Notes: generated by a model from the letters alone, not told the origin. A stretch of DNA of 64,000 nt from Candidatus Cloacimonadales bacterium (GCA_963677495.2 CAXXOU010000004.1:1312001-1376000); one strand, 5' to 3'. Shown: positions 39,245 through 49,161, numbered from the stretch's first letter. Made by a program: numbers and translations.

Positions 39245-40729
39245 ATGACTGACGTAAAAGCAACAGATCAAGTTAAAACTAACACTGCTGATGATTATCA
39301 GAAGATGTTAGAGAAGTCCTTCACTCAGCCTACAAAACAGAGAAAAGGTGATGTAGTAGAAGGGGAAATCATTAACATTAATGAGAATGATATCTTTGTA
39401 AACTTAGGTGGAAAAGTAGATGGCATCGCTGCTAGAGCTGATTTCGCTGATAAAGATGGAAATCTCGAACTTAAAATCGGTGACAAACTTTCCGGTTTTA
39501 TCGTAGAAATCAAAGATTCATGCATCTCTATCGCACGTTCTCTCTCTAAAACAAATGTAGATAGATCTGCTCTTAAAGATGCTTTTATAAACAAGCTTCC
39601 TGTTAACGGTAAAGTTACTGCGAAGGTGAAAGGTGGATATAGTGTTGACTTACTTGGAGTAAGAGCATTCTGTCCTGTTTCACAAATCGATGTACGTCCT
39701 TCTGATAACGCTGAACTCTATGTTGGTAAGACTTTTGATTTCAGAGTAATCGAATTTGAAGAAAGAGGAAGAAATATTATTGCTTCCAGAAAAGCTATCC
39801 TCGATGAAGAACAAGCAGCTATGAAAGCTAAATTGCTTGAAAACCTTAATGAAGGTGACGTAATCGAAGGTACAGTTAGACGTTTCACAAACTTCGGTGC
39901 ATTTGTAGATTTAGGTGGATATGAAGGACTTCTTCATGTATCTGAAATCTCTTGGGCACACGTTGCAAAACCTGAAGATGTACTCGAAGCTAACCAGAAA
40001 ATCGAAGTTAAGATTATTGGTCTTCAGAAAGATAAAATCTCTTTATCACTCAAACAGCTTCAAGCTAACCCATTCGAACAAGCACTTTCTGAGCTTAACG
40101 AAGGTGATGACAAAGAAGTTAAAGTTCTTCGCTTACACCCATTTGGTGCATTTGTTGAGATTATGCCTGGTGTTGAAGGTCTTATCCCTGTTTCAGAGAT
40201 GGCTCGCGGCAGAATCATCAAACATCCAAAAGATGTTCTTACTTCAGGTGATATTGTAGAAGCAAGAATTCTTCGCATCGATCCTAACAACCAAAAGATT
40301 TCTCTTTCAATGAAAGCTTTACAACCAGACCCATGGGCTAATGTAGCTGAAGCTATCAAAGAAGGCGACGTTATCGAAGGTATCGTTGAAACAAATACAA
40401 AACATGGTGTTTTTGTAACTATTCGTGAAGGCCTCACAGGTCTCTTACCTATCTCAAGAATCAAAGAAGGTGAGCAGTTCAATACTGGTGACAAAATCGA
40501 GTTAAGAATTACAAGAATCAATGTTGAAGACAAGAGAATCTCATTGAACTATGTTGATGCTCCGGATGAGCCAGAAAAGCCACGTTTCAGAAGAAACAAT
40601 CAGGACAGAGACAATAACAACAGAGATTTCAGACGTCCTCGTAATAACAGAAGAGGCGATCAGTCTTGGCGTAAATTCGCTACCGATAATGCTGATGTAC
40701 CTGAAGATAATCCATTTGCTGATTTATAA
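39245..40729 (+). CDS. rpsA: 30S ribosomal protein S1-family protein (five S1 domains)
   Basis: Repeated S1 motifs (GAFVDLGGYEGLLHVSEISW, GAFVEIMPGVEGLIPVSE, ISLSMK); strongly biased codon usage. Confidence 0.8.
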   Translation: MTDVKATDQVKTNTADDYQKMLEKSFTQPTKQRKGDVVEGEIININENDIFVNLGGKVDGIAARADFADKDGNLELKIGDKLSGFIVEIKDSCISIARSLSKTNVDRSALKDAFINKLPVNGKVTAKVKGGYSVDLLGVRAFCPVSQIDVRPSDNAELYVGKTFDFRVIEFEERGRNIIASRKAILDEEQAAMKAKLLENLNEGDVIEGTVRRFTNFGAFVDLGGYEGLLHVSEISWAHVAKPEDVLEANQKIEVKIIGLQKDKISLSLKQLQANPFEQALSELNEGDDKEVKVLRLHPFGAFVEIMPGVEGLIPVSEMARGRIIKHPKDVLTSGDIVEARILRIDPNNQKISLSMKALQPDPWANVAEAIKEGDVIEGIVETNTKHGVFVTIREGLTGLLPISRIKEGEQFNTGDKIELRITRINVEDKRISLNYVDAPDEPEKPRFRRNNQDRDNNNRDFRRPRNNRRGDQSWRKFATDNADVPEDNPFADL

Positions 40730-40747
40730 ACAATCACTATAGATATT

Positions 40748-40776
40748 AAAAGGGTAGCTTTTTGCTACCCTTTTTT
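40748..40776 (+). terminator. Rho-independent terminator
   Basis: AAAAGGGTAGC-TTTTT-GCTACCCTTTT. Confidence 0.8.
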
Positions 40777-40992
40777 GTTTTGACAAACTTTCATTATCTA
40801 TCCTGCCTTTGTGGTTTCTTGTTTTATTCTGACGGGACTCTGCTTAAAGTCTGAAATCCACACTTACTTTGCTCCTGCTCCTCCCCCGGGTCTCATTGTA
40901 AAACCCTGTAACTGAAATAACTCAGAAATGGTTTGACATTGGTTATATGAGGAGTAATGCTTGGTAAGATATAAAAAAGGAGTTGTTTATCT

Positions 40993-43956
40993 ATGATATC
41001 AGATAGTTTTGGCAGTCTACTCCGACAATCCCGATTTGGAAGTAATGATTTTCATCGTCTTATGAAGAAAAGAGTAAGTCGTATACTCTTGGTTTCATCT
41101 TTTTACGACGCTTATATATTTGAACAAGATGGTAATTTCTCTGAGCAGATCTTTGGAGAATATAGAGAGTATAACCTTTCAGCTGTACCAAGAATTGTGC
41201 ATGTTCCAACTATTGAAGATGCTCTAGCTAAATTAGATGAAGATCATTTTGATCTGGTTATCACTATGATGAGGATTGGAGAAACTATCCCCTATCGTCT
41301 TAGTAGCACTATTAAAGAACGCTTTCCTGAACTACCGGTGTTACTACTATTGAATGTTCAGTCTGACATTGCTTTGATTAGGAGTAATCCTGATAAAATG
41401 AAGTACATTGATGATGTTTTCCTTTGGAATGGTGATAGTAAACTATTCCTAGCGATGATTAAGAGTATAGAGGATAGGATTAATCTGGAAGAGGATACAA
41501 AAAACAGCTTTGTAAGTGTTATCCTGATTGTGGAAGACTCTGTTAATTTCTACTCCTCTTTCCTACCGCTCATTTACACTGAGATTATGATGCAAACTCA
41601 AAGAATCATTGAGTCTGAAATCAACGATATGAACAAGAGATATAGGATGCGTACTCGTCCAAAGGTTATTCTGGTTCATAACTACGAAGATGCGTTAGAT
41701 GTATACAAGAACTATAAAGAGTATATTATCGGTGTAATCACTGATATTGAGTATCCGGTAAACGGTAAACTGAATCCTCAAGCGGGAATCAATCTAATGA
41801 AGCAGATAAGGTCCTCTGATGGGCATTTGCCAATATTGCTACAATCATCTGATACACAATGGGCTAATTATGTAGAAAACTTCCATGCTCAGTTTGTAAG
41901 TAAGCAATCAAAGTCATTGCTTAAAGACCTAAAGAAATTTATACATTTCTACTTGGGTTATGGTGAGATTATCTTTTGCGACGAGCGTGGTAATGAGTTT
42001 ACTCGTGCTAATACACTGAATGACTTGGAGAAATGCCTTAATACTATCCCGGACTCCTCACTTCTGTATCATAGTAATTATAATCACTTCTCAACCTGGT
42101 TAATGGCTCATGGAGAGATAACAGCTGCAAGAAAGATAAAAGAGATACGACCCTGGGTTTTCTATACAACGAAAGAACTGAGAAACTATCTTAGAAGTAT
42201 TTTCAGAGAAGTTAGGATTGAGAAATCCAGAGGTAAGATTGTAAACTTCAACCCTAGTAACCTTAAGATAAGAAATCAGATTGTGAAGTTGTCTGAAGGG
42301 TCTTTAGGTGGTAAAGGTAGAGGTCTAGCTTTTCTAAATAATCTGCTGACTATTATTAGTAATGAAGAGAAATATGATTCCATTTTTATAACATTGCCCT
42401 TAACAGCCATTATTGGTACTCATGAGTATGATGACTTCATTGAAAATAACACGATAACTACTGCCATAACTCTGCTACCGGATGAGGAGATTGCCACAAT
42501 CTTCATGAAAGGGAAACTGTCAGTCGAACTTTTAAGAAAACTGGATATTTATCTTGATACAATTAGAAAACCAATTGCTGTGAGATCATCAGGTTTATTG
42601 GAAGATTCTCAGGCTCAACCTTTTGCAGGTATCTATTCTACCTATATGCTTCCTAATAACCATGAAGACAAGGAAGTACGATTAGAACGATTAACACAAG
42701 CTATAAAGCTCGTTTATGCTTCAGTTTATATGCGAACAGCACGATCTTACATTGAGAGTGTTAATTATAAAGTCGAAGAAGAGAAGATGGCTGTAATCAT
42801 TCAAGAAGTTGCAGGCGCTGAACATAAAGGTTTATATTATCCCCATATCTCCGGAGTCGGTCAGTCCTATAACTTCTATCCAACACACAGTCTTGAGCAT
42901 GAAGACGGTATCTGTTCAATGGCAATGGGACTGGGAATTTCTGTTGTTGAAGGTAGCAATATATACCACTTCTCCCCTAAGTATCCCCAAGTCCAATCCA
43001 TAAGTGAAACTGAGATTGTATCTAAGTCGCAGAAACATTTCTTTGCCTTAGACTTGAACAACCACGAATATAATATTCTTGATGGTGAAGATGCAAATCT
43101 GCAACGATTAAGCATCCAACAAGCTGTGCCACATAAGACCTTAACCCATTTAGTTTCAACCTGGGATTATCAGAACAACCGTTTAGTTGATGGTTTCCAG
43201 GAAAAGGGAATGAAGGTTCTTACTTTTGCCAATATTCTTAAATATGACCATATTCCTCTTGCAGAACTGTTAAATGATTTTCTTAAGATTGGTCAGATGG
43301 CTATGGGTGCTCCTGTTGAGATAGAGTTCGCTGTTACTTTACATAGGACGATGAACAAAAACGCTACTTTCAATATCCTACAAATAAGGCCACTCACTAC
43401 TAACTATGAACAGGTGAGAATTGATACTGATTCTCTTAACCCTAATGAGCTGTTCCTTCAAACAACTAGCAGTATGGGATTTGGCAAGAAAGATAACCTC
43501 TATGATATTATCTTTGTTAATCCTCAAAGGTTCAAGAGCACTGAAACTATGGATATGCTGGAAGAGCTTAATGAGCTTAATGCTCAAATGAGAGAGCAAA
43601 ACAGGCCATACATCCTCATCGGATTCGGACGCTGGGGTACAAGGGATGAATTCTTAGGAATTCCTGTAAAATGGGAGAATATAGATAAAGCGAACGTGAT
43701 TGTTGAAGCTGAACTTCCTGACTTCAGAGTTGACCCGTCCCAAGGCACACATTTCTTCCATAATATGGTTGCTATGAATATTGGTTATTTCTCTGTAAGC
43801 TATGATAAGAAAGGTAACAATATTGATTGGGAGTTCCTAATGAATCACCCTCGTCGTAAAGAGGGTAACTATTTCGTTCATATAAGGAGTCATAAGCCAT
43901 TTGAAGTTATGATGGATGGTGAGACCAATACAGCGATTATAAAGAAAGATTTTTAG
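40993..43956 (+). CDS. Receiver-like domains plus PEP/pyruvate-binding (PPDK N-terminal) domain protein
   Basis: ILLVSS and ILIVEDS receiver-like starts; GSLGGKGRGLAF, AVRSSGLLED, FAGIY, MAVIIQ, EIEFA, LQIRP, SQGTHFF motifs. Confidence 0.85.
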   Translation: MISDSFGSLLRQSRFGSNDFHRLMKKRVSRILLVSSFYDAYIFEQDGNFSEQIFGEYREYNLSAVPRIVHVPTIEDALAKLDEDHFDLVITMMRIGETIPYRLSSTIKERFPELPVLLLLNVQSDIALIRSNPDKMKYIDDVFLWNGDSKLFLAMIKSIEDRINLEEDTKNSFVSVILIVEDSVNFYSSFLPLIYTEIMMQTQRIIESEINDMNKRYRMRTRPKVILVHNYEDALDVYKNYKEYIIGVITDIEYPVNGKLNPQAGINLMKQIRSSDGHLPILLQSSDTQWANYVENFHAQFVSKQSKSLLKDLKKFIHFYLGYGEIIFCDERGNEFTRANTLNDLEKCLNTIPDSSLLYHSNYNHFSTWLMAHGEITAARKIKEIRPWVFYTTKELRNYLRSIFREVRIEKSRGKIVNFNPSNLKIRNQIVKLSEGSLGGKGRGLAFLNNLLTIISNEEKYDSIFITLPLTAIIGTHEYDDFIENNTITTAITLLPDEEIATIFMKGKLSVELLRKLDIYLDTIRKPIAVRSSGLLEDSQAQPFAGIYSTYMLPNNHEDKEVRLERLTQAIKLVYASVYMRTARSYIESVNYKVEEEKMAVIIQEVAGAEHKGLYYPHISGVGQSYNFYPTHSLEHEDGICSMAMGLGISVVEGSNIYHFSPKYPQVQSISETEIVSKSQKHFFALDLNNHEYNILDGEDANLQRLSIQQAVPHKTLTHLVSTWDYQNNRLVDGFQEKGMKVLTFANILKYDHIPLAELLNDFLKIGQMAMGAPVEIEFAVTLHRTMNKNATFNILQIRPLTTNYEQVRIDTDSLNPNELFLQTTSSMGFGKKDNLYDIIFVNPQRFKSTETMDMLEELNELNAQMREQNRPYILIGFGRWGTRDEFLGIPVKWENIDKANVIVEAELPDFRVDPSQGTHFFHNMVAMNIGYFSVSYDKKGNNIDWEFLMNHPRRKEGNYFVHIRSHKPFEVMMDGETNTAIIKKDF

Positions 43957-43979
43957 CAATATCATGCATTTTATGAGAT

Positions 43980-44010
43980 AACGTTGCATGGTTTTGAACC
44001 ATGCAACGTT
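43980..44010. terminator. Perfect 14-bp hairpin between convergent genes (terminator or REP-like)
   Basis: AACGTTGCATGGTT-TTG-AACCATGCAACGTT. Confidence 0.65.
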
Positions 44011-44047
44011 TAACCTGGGAACACTAATTGATTGTTTTCAATTGTAT

Positions 44048-45139
44048 TTAATTCTTGAATATCCAGTCCAACCCTGTTTTTAATGATGATCTGTCTATAG
44101 TATGTGCACCTTCAAATCTAACATACTTAAGATTATTGTTTAGCATCTTTAGTCGATCAACTGCATCATCGCTCTTTGCAGGTTCTACTATCTTATCCTC
44201 AGTACCATGAGCTATAAATATTTTCATACCAGTACCTTTGGCTATCTCCTCTTCGGATATCTTCTCATGTAACCAACCACCGAAAGCTAATGCACCATCC
44301 ACGATATCAGGATTCCAGAAAGCTGTTTGTAAGCTTAAACCACTTCCTTGCGAAAAACCAAACAAGTAGACGTTCCCAACCATATATTTACCTTTATAAT
44401 GATCAATAACATCTCTTACATACTGATTGGTAGCCATTTCAACTCGTTCATTATACTCCATATCCTCACTCCAATCAAACCAGGAATACCCAACTCTATT
44501 GCCTGATTGGAAAGCATAATGAGCTTCAGGACAGATATAGATAACATTATATTCTTTAATTGTCTTCCAAATGTTTGAATAATTCTTAGCATTATCTCCC
44601 CAACCGTGAAGGCCGATAATTACATCATAGGTCTTTGCTTCATCAAACTCATCAGGTAAATACACAAAGCTTTTGGCAAAACTCTTCGTTGGGATATTAT
44701 CAACAATGAGCTTCTCATCCATACCATTACCAAGATAGTCATTGATTTTGTCTGTAATCTCCTGGAACTCAGGGTACTCTTTAACCTTATCAAAATCGGT
44801 ATCTTTAAGGACATGTGCATAGTCTTCGTATCCTGTTTGGAACGAGTACTTTAGAAATTTTGTTGCGTTCTCTCCGTCACCTTTAAGTCCATAACAACAA
44901 GCTAAATTATACAATCCAATCGAGTTCTTCTTATCCTGTTGTAAAGTAGCAGTATATACTTCGATTGCTTTATCAAGGTCCCCTTCCTGGTAATGCTTCC
45001 CGGCAACTTGATATAGTGAATCAAGATTAACAAATTCGTATTCAGATAAACCATGATTTGACGTTTCGACAATAACTGTGCTATTAGATGCACAACCTAT
45101 TAAAAAAGCTAATAAAATGAGACTTATAAAGTATTTCAT
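44048..45139 (-). CDS. Lipoprotein: TPR domain plus alpha/beta-hydrolase (carboxylesterase/phospholipase type)
   Basis: Lipobox LIGC from ATG 45139; YNLACCY TPR; LHGWG, GFSQG, HGTED, GAH catalytic motifs. Confidence 0.88.
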   Translation of the reverse strand: MKYFISLILLAFLIGCASNSTVIVETSNHGLSEYEFVNLDSLYQVAGKHYQEGDLDKAIEVYTATLQQDKKNSIGLYNLACCYGLKGDGENATKFLKYSFQTGYEDYAHVLKDTDFDKVKEYPEFQEITDKINDYLGNGMDEKLIVDNIPTKSFAKSFVYLPDEFDEAKTYDVIIGLHGWGDNAKNYSNIWKTIKEYNVIYICPEAHYAFQSGNRVGYSWFDWSEDMEYNERVEMATNQYVRDVIDHYKGKYMVGNVYLFGFSQGSGLSLQTAFWNPDIVDGALAFGGWLHEKISEEEIAKGTGMKIFIAHGTEDKIVEPAKSDDAVDRLKMLNNNLKYVRFEGAHTIDRSSLKTGLDWIFKN

Positions 45140-45211
45140 CTCTACCTCCAACCCCATCGATAAGTGAATTGAAATCAGTTGTCAAATAGTTTTAGGGATT
45201 TTTTAATATGT

Positions 45212-45240
45212 AAAAAAGCCCTATCCGAAGATAGGGCTTT
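45212..45240 (-). terminator. Rho-independent terminator of the selenoprotein gene
   Basis: AAAGCCCTATC-CGAA-GATAGGGCTTT with an A-tract on the + strand. Confidence 0.8.
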
Positions 45241-45259
45241 AAATATGTATCTTTAAGTA

Positions 45260-47125
45260 TTATTTCATATAGATAGTCTTCATGTTTCTTACGAAATCAG
45301 AAGCTGTAACTCTGTAGAAATAGATACCATTAGGTACTGAGTTGTTTCTTGCATCTGTACCATTCCAAGTGATTTTATGATCACCTTGGTTAAGAGTACT
45401 ATTTACAAGAGTGTTGACCAACTGACCTTTCACATTGTAGATTTCAACTTTAACATCATCATTTTGTTTGAGTGAGAATGTAAGGTTAGAAACCTGTGAG
45501 AATGGGTTTGGTGAAATAGAGAGTGTATTGCCGATAGTAGCAACATTCTCATCATTACCTACAGTGCCATTCTCAACGATTACTGTTACAACATTTGAAG
45601 GTTCAGAATTAGTAAGAGGGTTATCATATATAGCTGTTACGTGATAATCATAAGTACCATCAGCAACATTAAAATCTGTATATGTAAGTGTGTTAGCATT
45701 TGGAATAGTAGCATGAGAAAGACCGTTCCTGAATAATCTGTATCCGAAAAGGGCACGCTGATCAGTCAGTGGATTTTCCCAGTTAAGTGTGATGTCGTTT
45801 CCATCAGCAACATAGTTTAAACCCCATGGTGCTTGTAACGGAATAATCATATCAGTTGCATTTGATTCTACAAGTGGACCAGGCATAGTATGTTCATCTA
45901 CAGGTAAAACTGTAAACTTAATCATATAGCCAATATAGTCAGCACTGATTTGCATAACCATTGGGTCGTTTGAGTTATGCTCAAATGTCTCCCAGTTTGT
46001 ACCATCTTGTGATTTATACCAAATAACTTCTGTCTCACCTTCCATATCACCATCAAGGTCAACGAAAGTATAACTTGCAGTTATAAACTCATTCTGCATT
46101 GCAACACCTGTTAGTGTTACAGTATCAGCCATTGGAGCCTGGTTAGTAAAACCAACACCATTTAATGGAATTTCAACATACTCAAATCCAGCAATGTCAG
46201 TAGAGATTGCGATTAAACCAGTATACTCCATATCAGCTGTAGGTGCAAATGAAACTGTATACTGCTGCTCTCCACCCGGTGCGAGTTGAAGAGTTGCAGG
46301 ATCAGTCATAGTGTAACCGTCACCAACTAATGTTAATGAGAAGTTAGCTGTGTTTGGAGAGATGTTGATAACTTTGAAAGTTTTCTCGAATACACCACCA
46401 ATGTATGAATCGCCAAAATCCATACCTGTAGATGTTACTGGAGAGCTACCACATTCAGCAGCTTGATAGATATAAGGATATGCTGAATCAAATGATTGAA
46501 TCATAACATACCCGGTAAGTGTTTCAGGATCCCATGATTGATCAACAGCAAGTTCCATACTGTAAGAACCTGAATCACCTGCTGTGTTGATAGGTAAATC
46601 CATATCTCCATAAGCTACAACACTACTGAAATATTCATCACTCTGATGTCTTGCAATAACAAAAACAACTTTGTTATTACCATATTGTAAATCATTCTCA
46701 AGCTGTACATCAGCGATTACATTGTAACCTGTAGCAGTTGGAACAAAGAAACCTGCTAATGCAACAGGGCTTGGATCGTCCCAAAGGTTGTTATAGATTG
46801 GTAAATATTGTGATGCGTAAGCTGTAGTAGCAGCACCAATTTCAAGCTCAACGCCCTGGAAAGCACATTGAGGGATACCATTAGATAATGATCCAACTAA
46901 ACCACGACGGGCAGAATAGTTAGGGGATGCATTAGCTGTGTCACCTTGCCAAATAAGGGGAACAACATTAGGATGGTTTTCATATAACGTAAGCAGACCT
47001 GCTCTTGCTCTTGGACAGTATCCTCACCAACTTTCCGTGAAGACTTCGCCCACAACATTTATCTGTGCGGCAAATGCTGATAAAGCAAGAAGCAATAAAG
47101 CGAAAAGTATTAGACTTCTCTTCAT
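45260..47125 (-). CDS. Secreted selenoprotein (621 aa): thioredoxin/Omp28-like UxxC domain, Ig-like and FN3 domains, C-terminal sorting domain
   Basis: ATG 47125 with SD AAAGGAG. MKRSLILFALLLLALSAFAAQINVVGEVFTESW-TGA-GYCP then reads without stops, in frame, into the 447-aa ORF at 46603. The TGA is at 47024-47026. Confidence 0.88.
46991..47026 (-). promoter_or_regulatory. Candidate bacterial SECIS element
   Basis: mRNA UGA GGA UAC UGU CCA AGA GCA AGA GCA GGU CUG CUU: hairpin GAGCA-GGUC-UGCUU whose GCAGGUCUGC core starts 21 nt after the UGA. Confidence 0.7.
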
Positions 47126-47504
47126 AATTCACTCCTTTCTTATCGAAGATTTAACATAATATTGAAAAACCTTTGATAGTTGTCAAACAATTTTTGAGTA
47201 TTTCCTACATTTTATTTAGTGTCTTGATTCTTTACACTGTTAATCCCCAATACCCCTCTATAAAAGGGTATAGAGTAATTATTTACCAATAAAACTATAC
47301 ATATTCCAAGCCCAGCGCCCCCTTTTTTATGGGTGAAACTAGTATCACATTCTTTACCAAATCATTGCGTTTCTTCTAGAAAAGTTAGAAATTTGTTAAA
47401 CAAAAGCCTAAATATTTGGTTTAGCATTAGTTACTATTATGTTTTTTCTTGACTCCAAATTTCATTATGCTTAATCTTGTTTTAACAAAAAGGAGGAAGT
47501 TGTT

Positions 47505-48656
47505 ATGAAAAAAATCATACTTCTTTGTTTAGTGACTCTGATATCGCTTAGCGTGTTCGCTCAAAGCCCACGCTTAATGAGTATGGGAGATGTAGAAGGT
47601 TATTTAGCAGATTCTGAAGATATCTTCACATATCCTGCAACAATTCACAAATATGGTAACACTGCCTACGCTTATCTTGGTGGATGGTCCGGTGATCAAA
47701 ACAACTACAATTTCGGTGTAAATCTAGCAATAAACGAATTTATGTTAGGTGCTTACTTTAACAAGCCTGTTTTCGAATATGCAACAGATCCGGAGATAGT
47801 ATTGCCAGGTGTAGTATTAGACAAGCAGATGGAGTTATTCTTTGGTTTCAAAGAAAATATGGCTATCTATTTTGCTCTAGCTATGGATGGATTAACTGAA
47901 CCTGGTATTGATGCTGACAATGAGGATACAGAAGTTGCAATGAATTTTGCATTTGGTTATGGTTATTCAACTGATAAAATGGACATCGGTGTTCATTTCG
48001 CTATGCCAGTTTTTGCATCAGAAGTATATGTAGCTGATGGTGAATCTATTGAAGAAAGTGAAGCTGGTTTTGGATTTGGAATTGATGGAAGAATCACTTT
48101 TGCAAAAGTAGGCAAAGTAGATTTTGTTGGAAAAGGTGCATTAGGTTTCTTCGCTAGTGCATATGACGATGGTGTCGATGATACAAAAGATATTGAGAAC
48201 ACAATGTTCGGTTTAGATCTTGGTGTTGCCGGTATTTATAATCATGATGAGAACAATAAAGTCATTTTTGGTTGCACACCATTTGCAATTAATATGGATA
48301 ATAATGACGACGGTACAACAACAAACACAGAACTTGAGCTCTTTGCTCCTGTTTTTAACATTGGTTTGGAGTCAAAAGTATTGAGTTGGCTTGTAGTTCG
48401 TGCAGGTGCAACTCAAGAATATTGGTCAACAACAGAAAATGAAGAGATAGAAGTTGCAGATGCTGATAACATTGAGAACACAACTACTACATGGGATAGT
48501 GCATTTAACTATAACATGGGTATGGGCGTTAAATTCAAAAACTTCTGCCTTGACTTCACATTCGAAGAGGACTTCCTACATAACGGTCCGAACTTCATTA
48601 CAGGACAGAATACCGGAGATATAGCCGGTGAAATGATGCTTAAGTACAAGTTCTAA
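47505..48656 (+). CDS. Probable outer-membrane beta-barrel protein
   Basis: Signal peptide; amphipathic Gly/aromatic beta-strands with acidic loops; C-terminal LKYKF BAM-type signal. Confidence 0.75.
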   Translation: MKKIILLCLVTLISLSVFAQSPRLMSMGDVEGYLADSEDIFTYPATIHKYGNTAYAYLGGWSGDQNNYNFGVNLAINEFMLGAYFNKPVFEYATDPEIVLPGVVLDKQMELFFGFKENMAIYFALAMDGLTEPGIDADNEDTEVAMNFAFGYGYSTDKMDIGVHFAMPVFASEVYVADGESIEESEAGFGFGIDGRITFAKVGKVDFVGKGALGFFASAYDDGVDDTKDIENTMFGLDLGVAGIYNHDENNKVIFGCTPFAINMDNNDDGTTTNTELELFAPVFNIGLESKVLSWLVVRAGATQEYWSTTENEEIEVADADNIENTTTTWDSAFNYNMGMGVKFKNFCLDFTFEEDFLHNGPNFITGQNTGDIAGEMMLKYKF

Positions 48657-48676
48657 TTTATTAACTAATAATCTAG

Positions 48677-48705
48677 GCCTGCTGATTTTTATCCAGCAGG
48701 CTTTT
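48677..48705 (+). terminator. Rho-independent terminator
   Basis: GCCTGCTG...CAGCAGGC stem plus TTTT. Confidence 0.75.
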
Positions 48706-48837
48706 CTATTTATAGTTCATTACTCGAAACTCTATTGTTATGAGTATAAATTCACCTTTGATAATTTCTACAAGATTGCTTGACTATTTTTTTTACCTTC
48801 TGAAAGTAGGGAAAAATAACATTTAGTTGAGGAGTAG

Positions 48838-49161
48838 ATGATGGATAATAATCAAGGGCTACAGATAAATTTTGAGAACCTTATGAAGCTTGGTTTTGCT
48901 GTTATTGATGTTAGATTTAAAGAATATGAAGTTACCAATTCCCATTATAAATATGTGATTGCTGCTGTTGATTCTGATAGAGAAGAGTTTTACACACAAA
49001 TGCTTAAAACATATACTGGAAAAGAGTTCAAAATAGGTGAAGTTCAAGATGTCTGGATTGCTATCTTAGAGCACAAAATCAAAATGAGCATGATTCTCAA
49101 ACGTGATATTGCTATTAAAGTTGCAGCAATGGATTATGTGGAGACTCGTCTAGCTCAATAA
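48838..49161 (+). CDS. Small protein with DUF4032-like C-terminal helical motif
   Basis: W..ILEHK..MS..L.RD(I/V)....AA.DY pattern; GAGGAG SD. Confidence 0.6.
   Translation: MMDNNQGLQINFENLMKLGFAVIDVRFKEYEVTNSHYKYVIAAVDSDREEFYTQMLKTYTGKEFKIGEVQDVWIAILEHKIKMSMILKRDIAIKVAAMDYVETRLAQ

Noticed and set aside
47024..47026. TGA read as Trp/Gly under an alternative genetic code, or as a pseudogene stop
   Set aside because: TGA ends ordinary genes in this window (958, 25453, 27994, 50770) and Trp is TGG. The codon sits exactly at the redox Cys position with a SECIS-like hairpin, and the rest of the frame is intact.
46938..47159. 73-aa plus-strand ORF
   Set aside because: It is the antisense shadow of the selenoprotein's 5' end.
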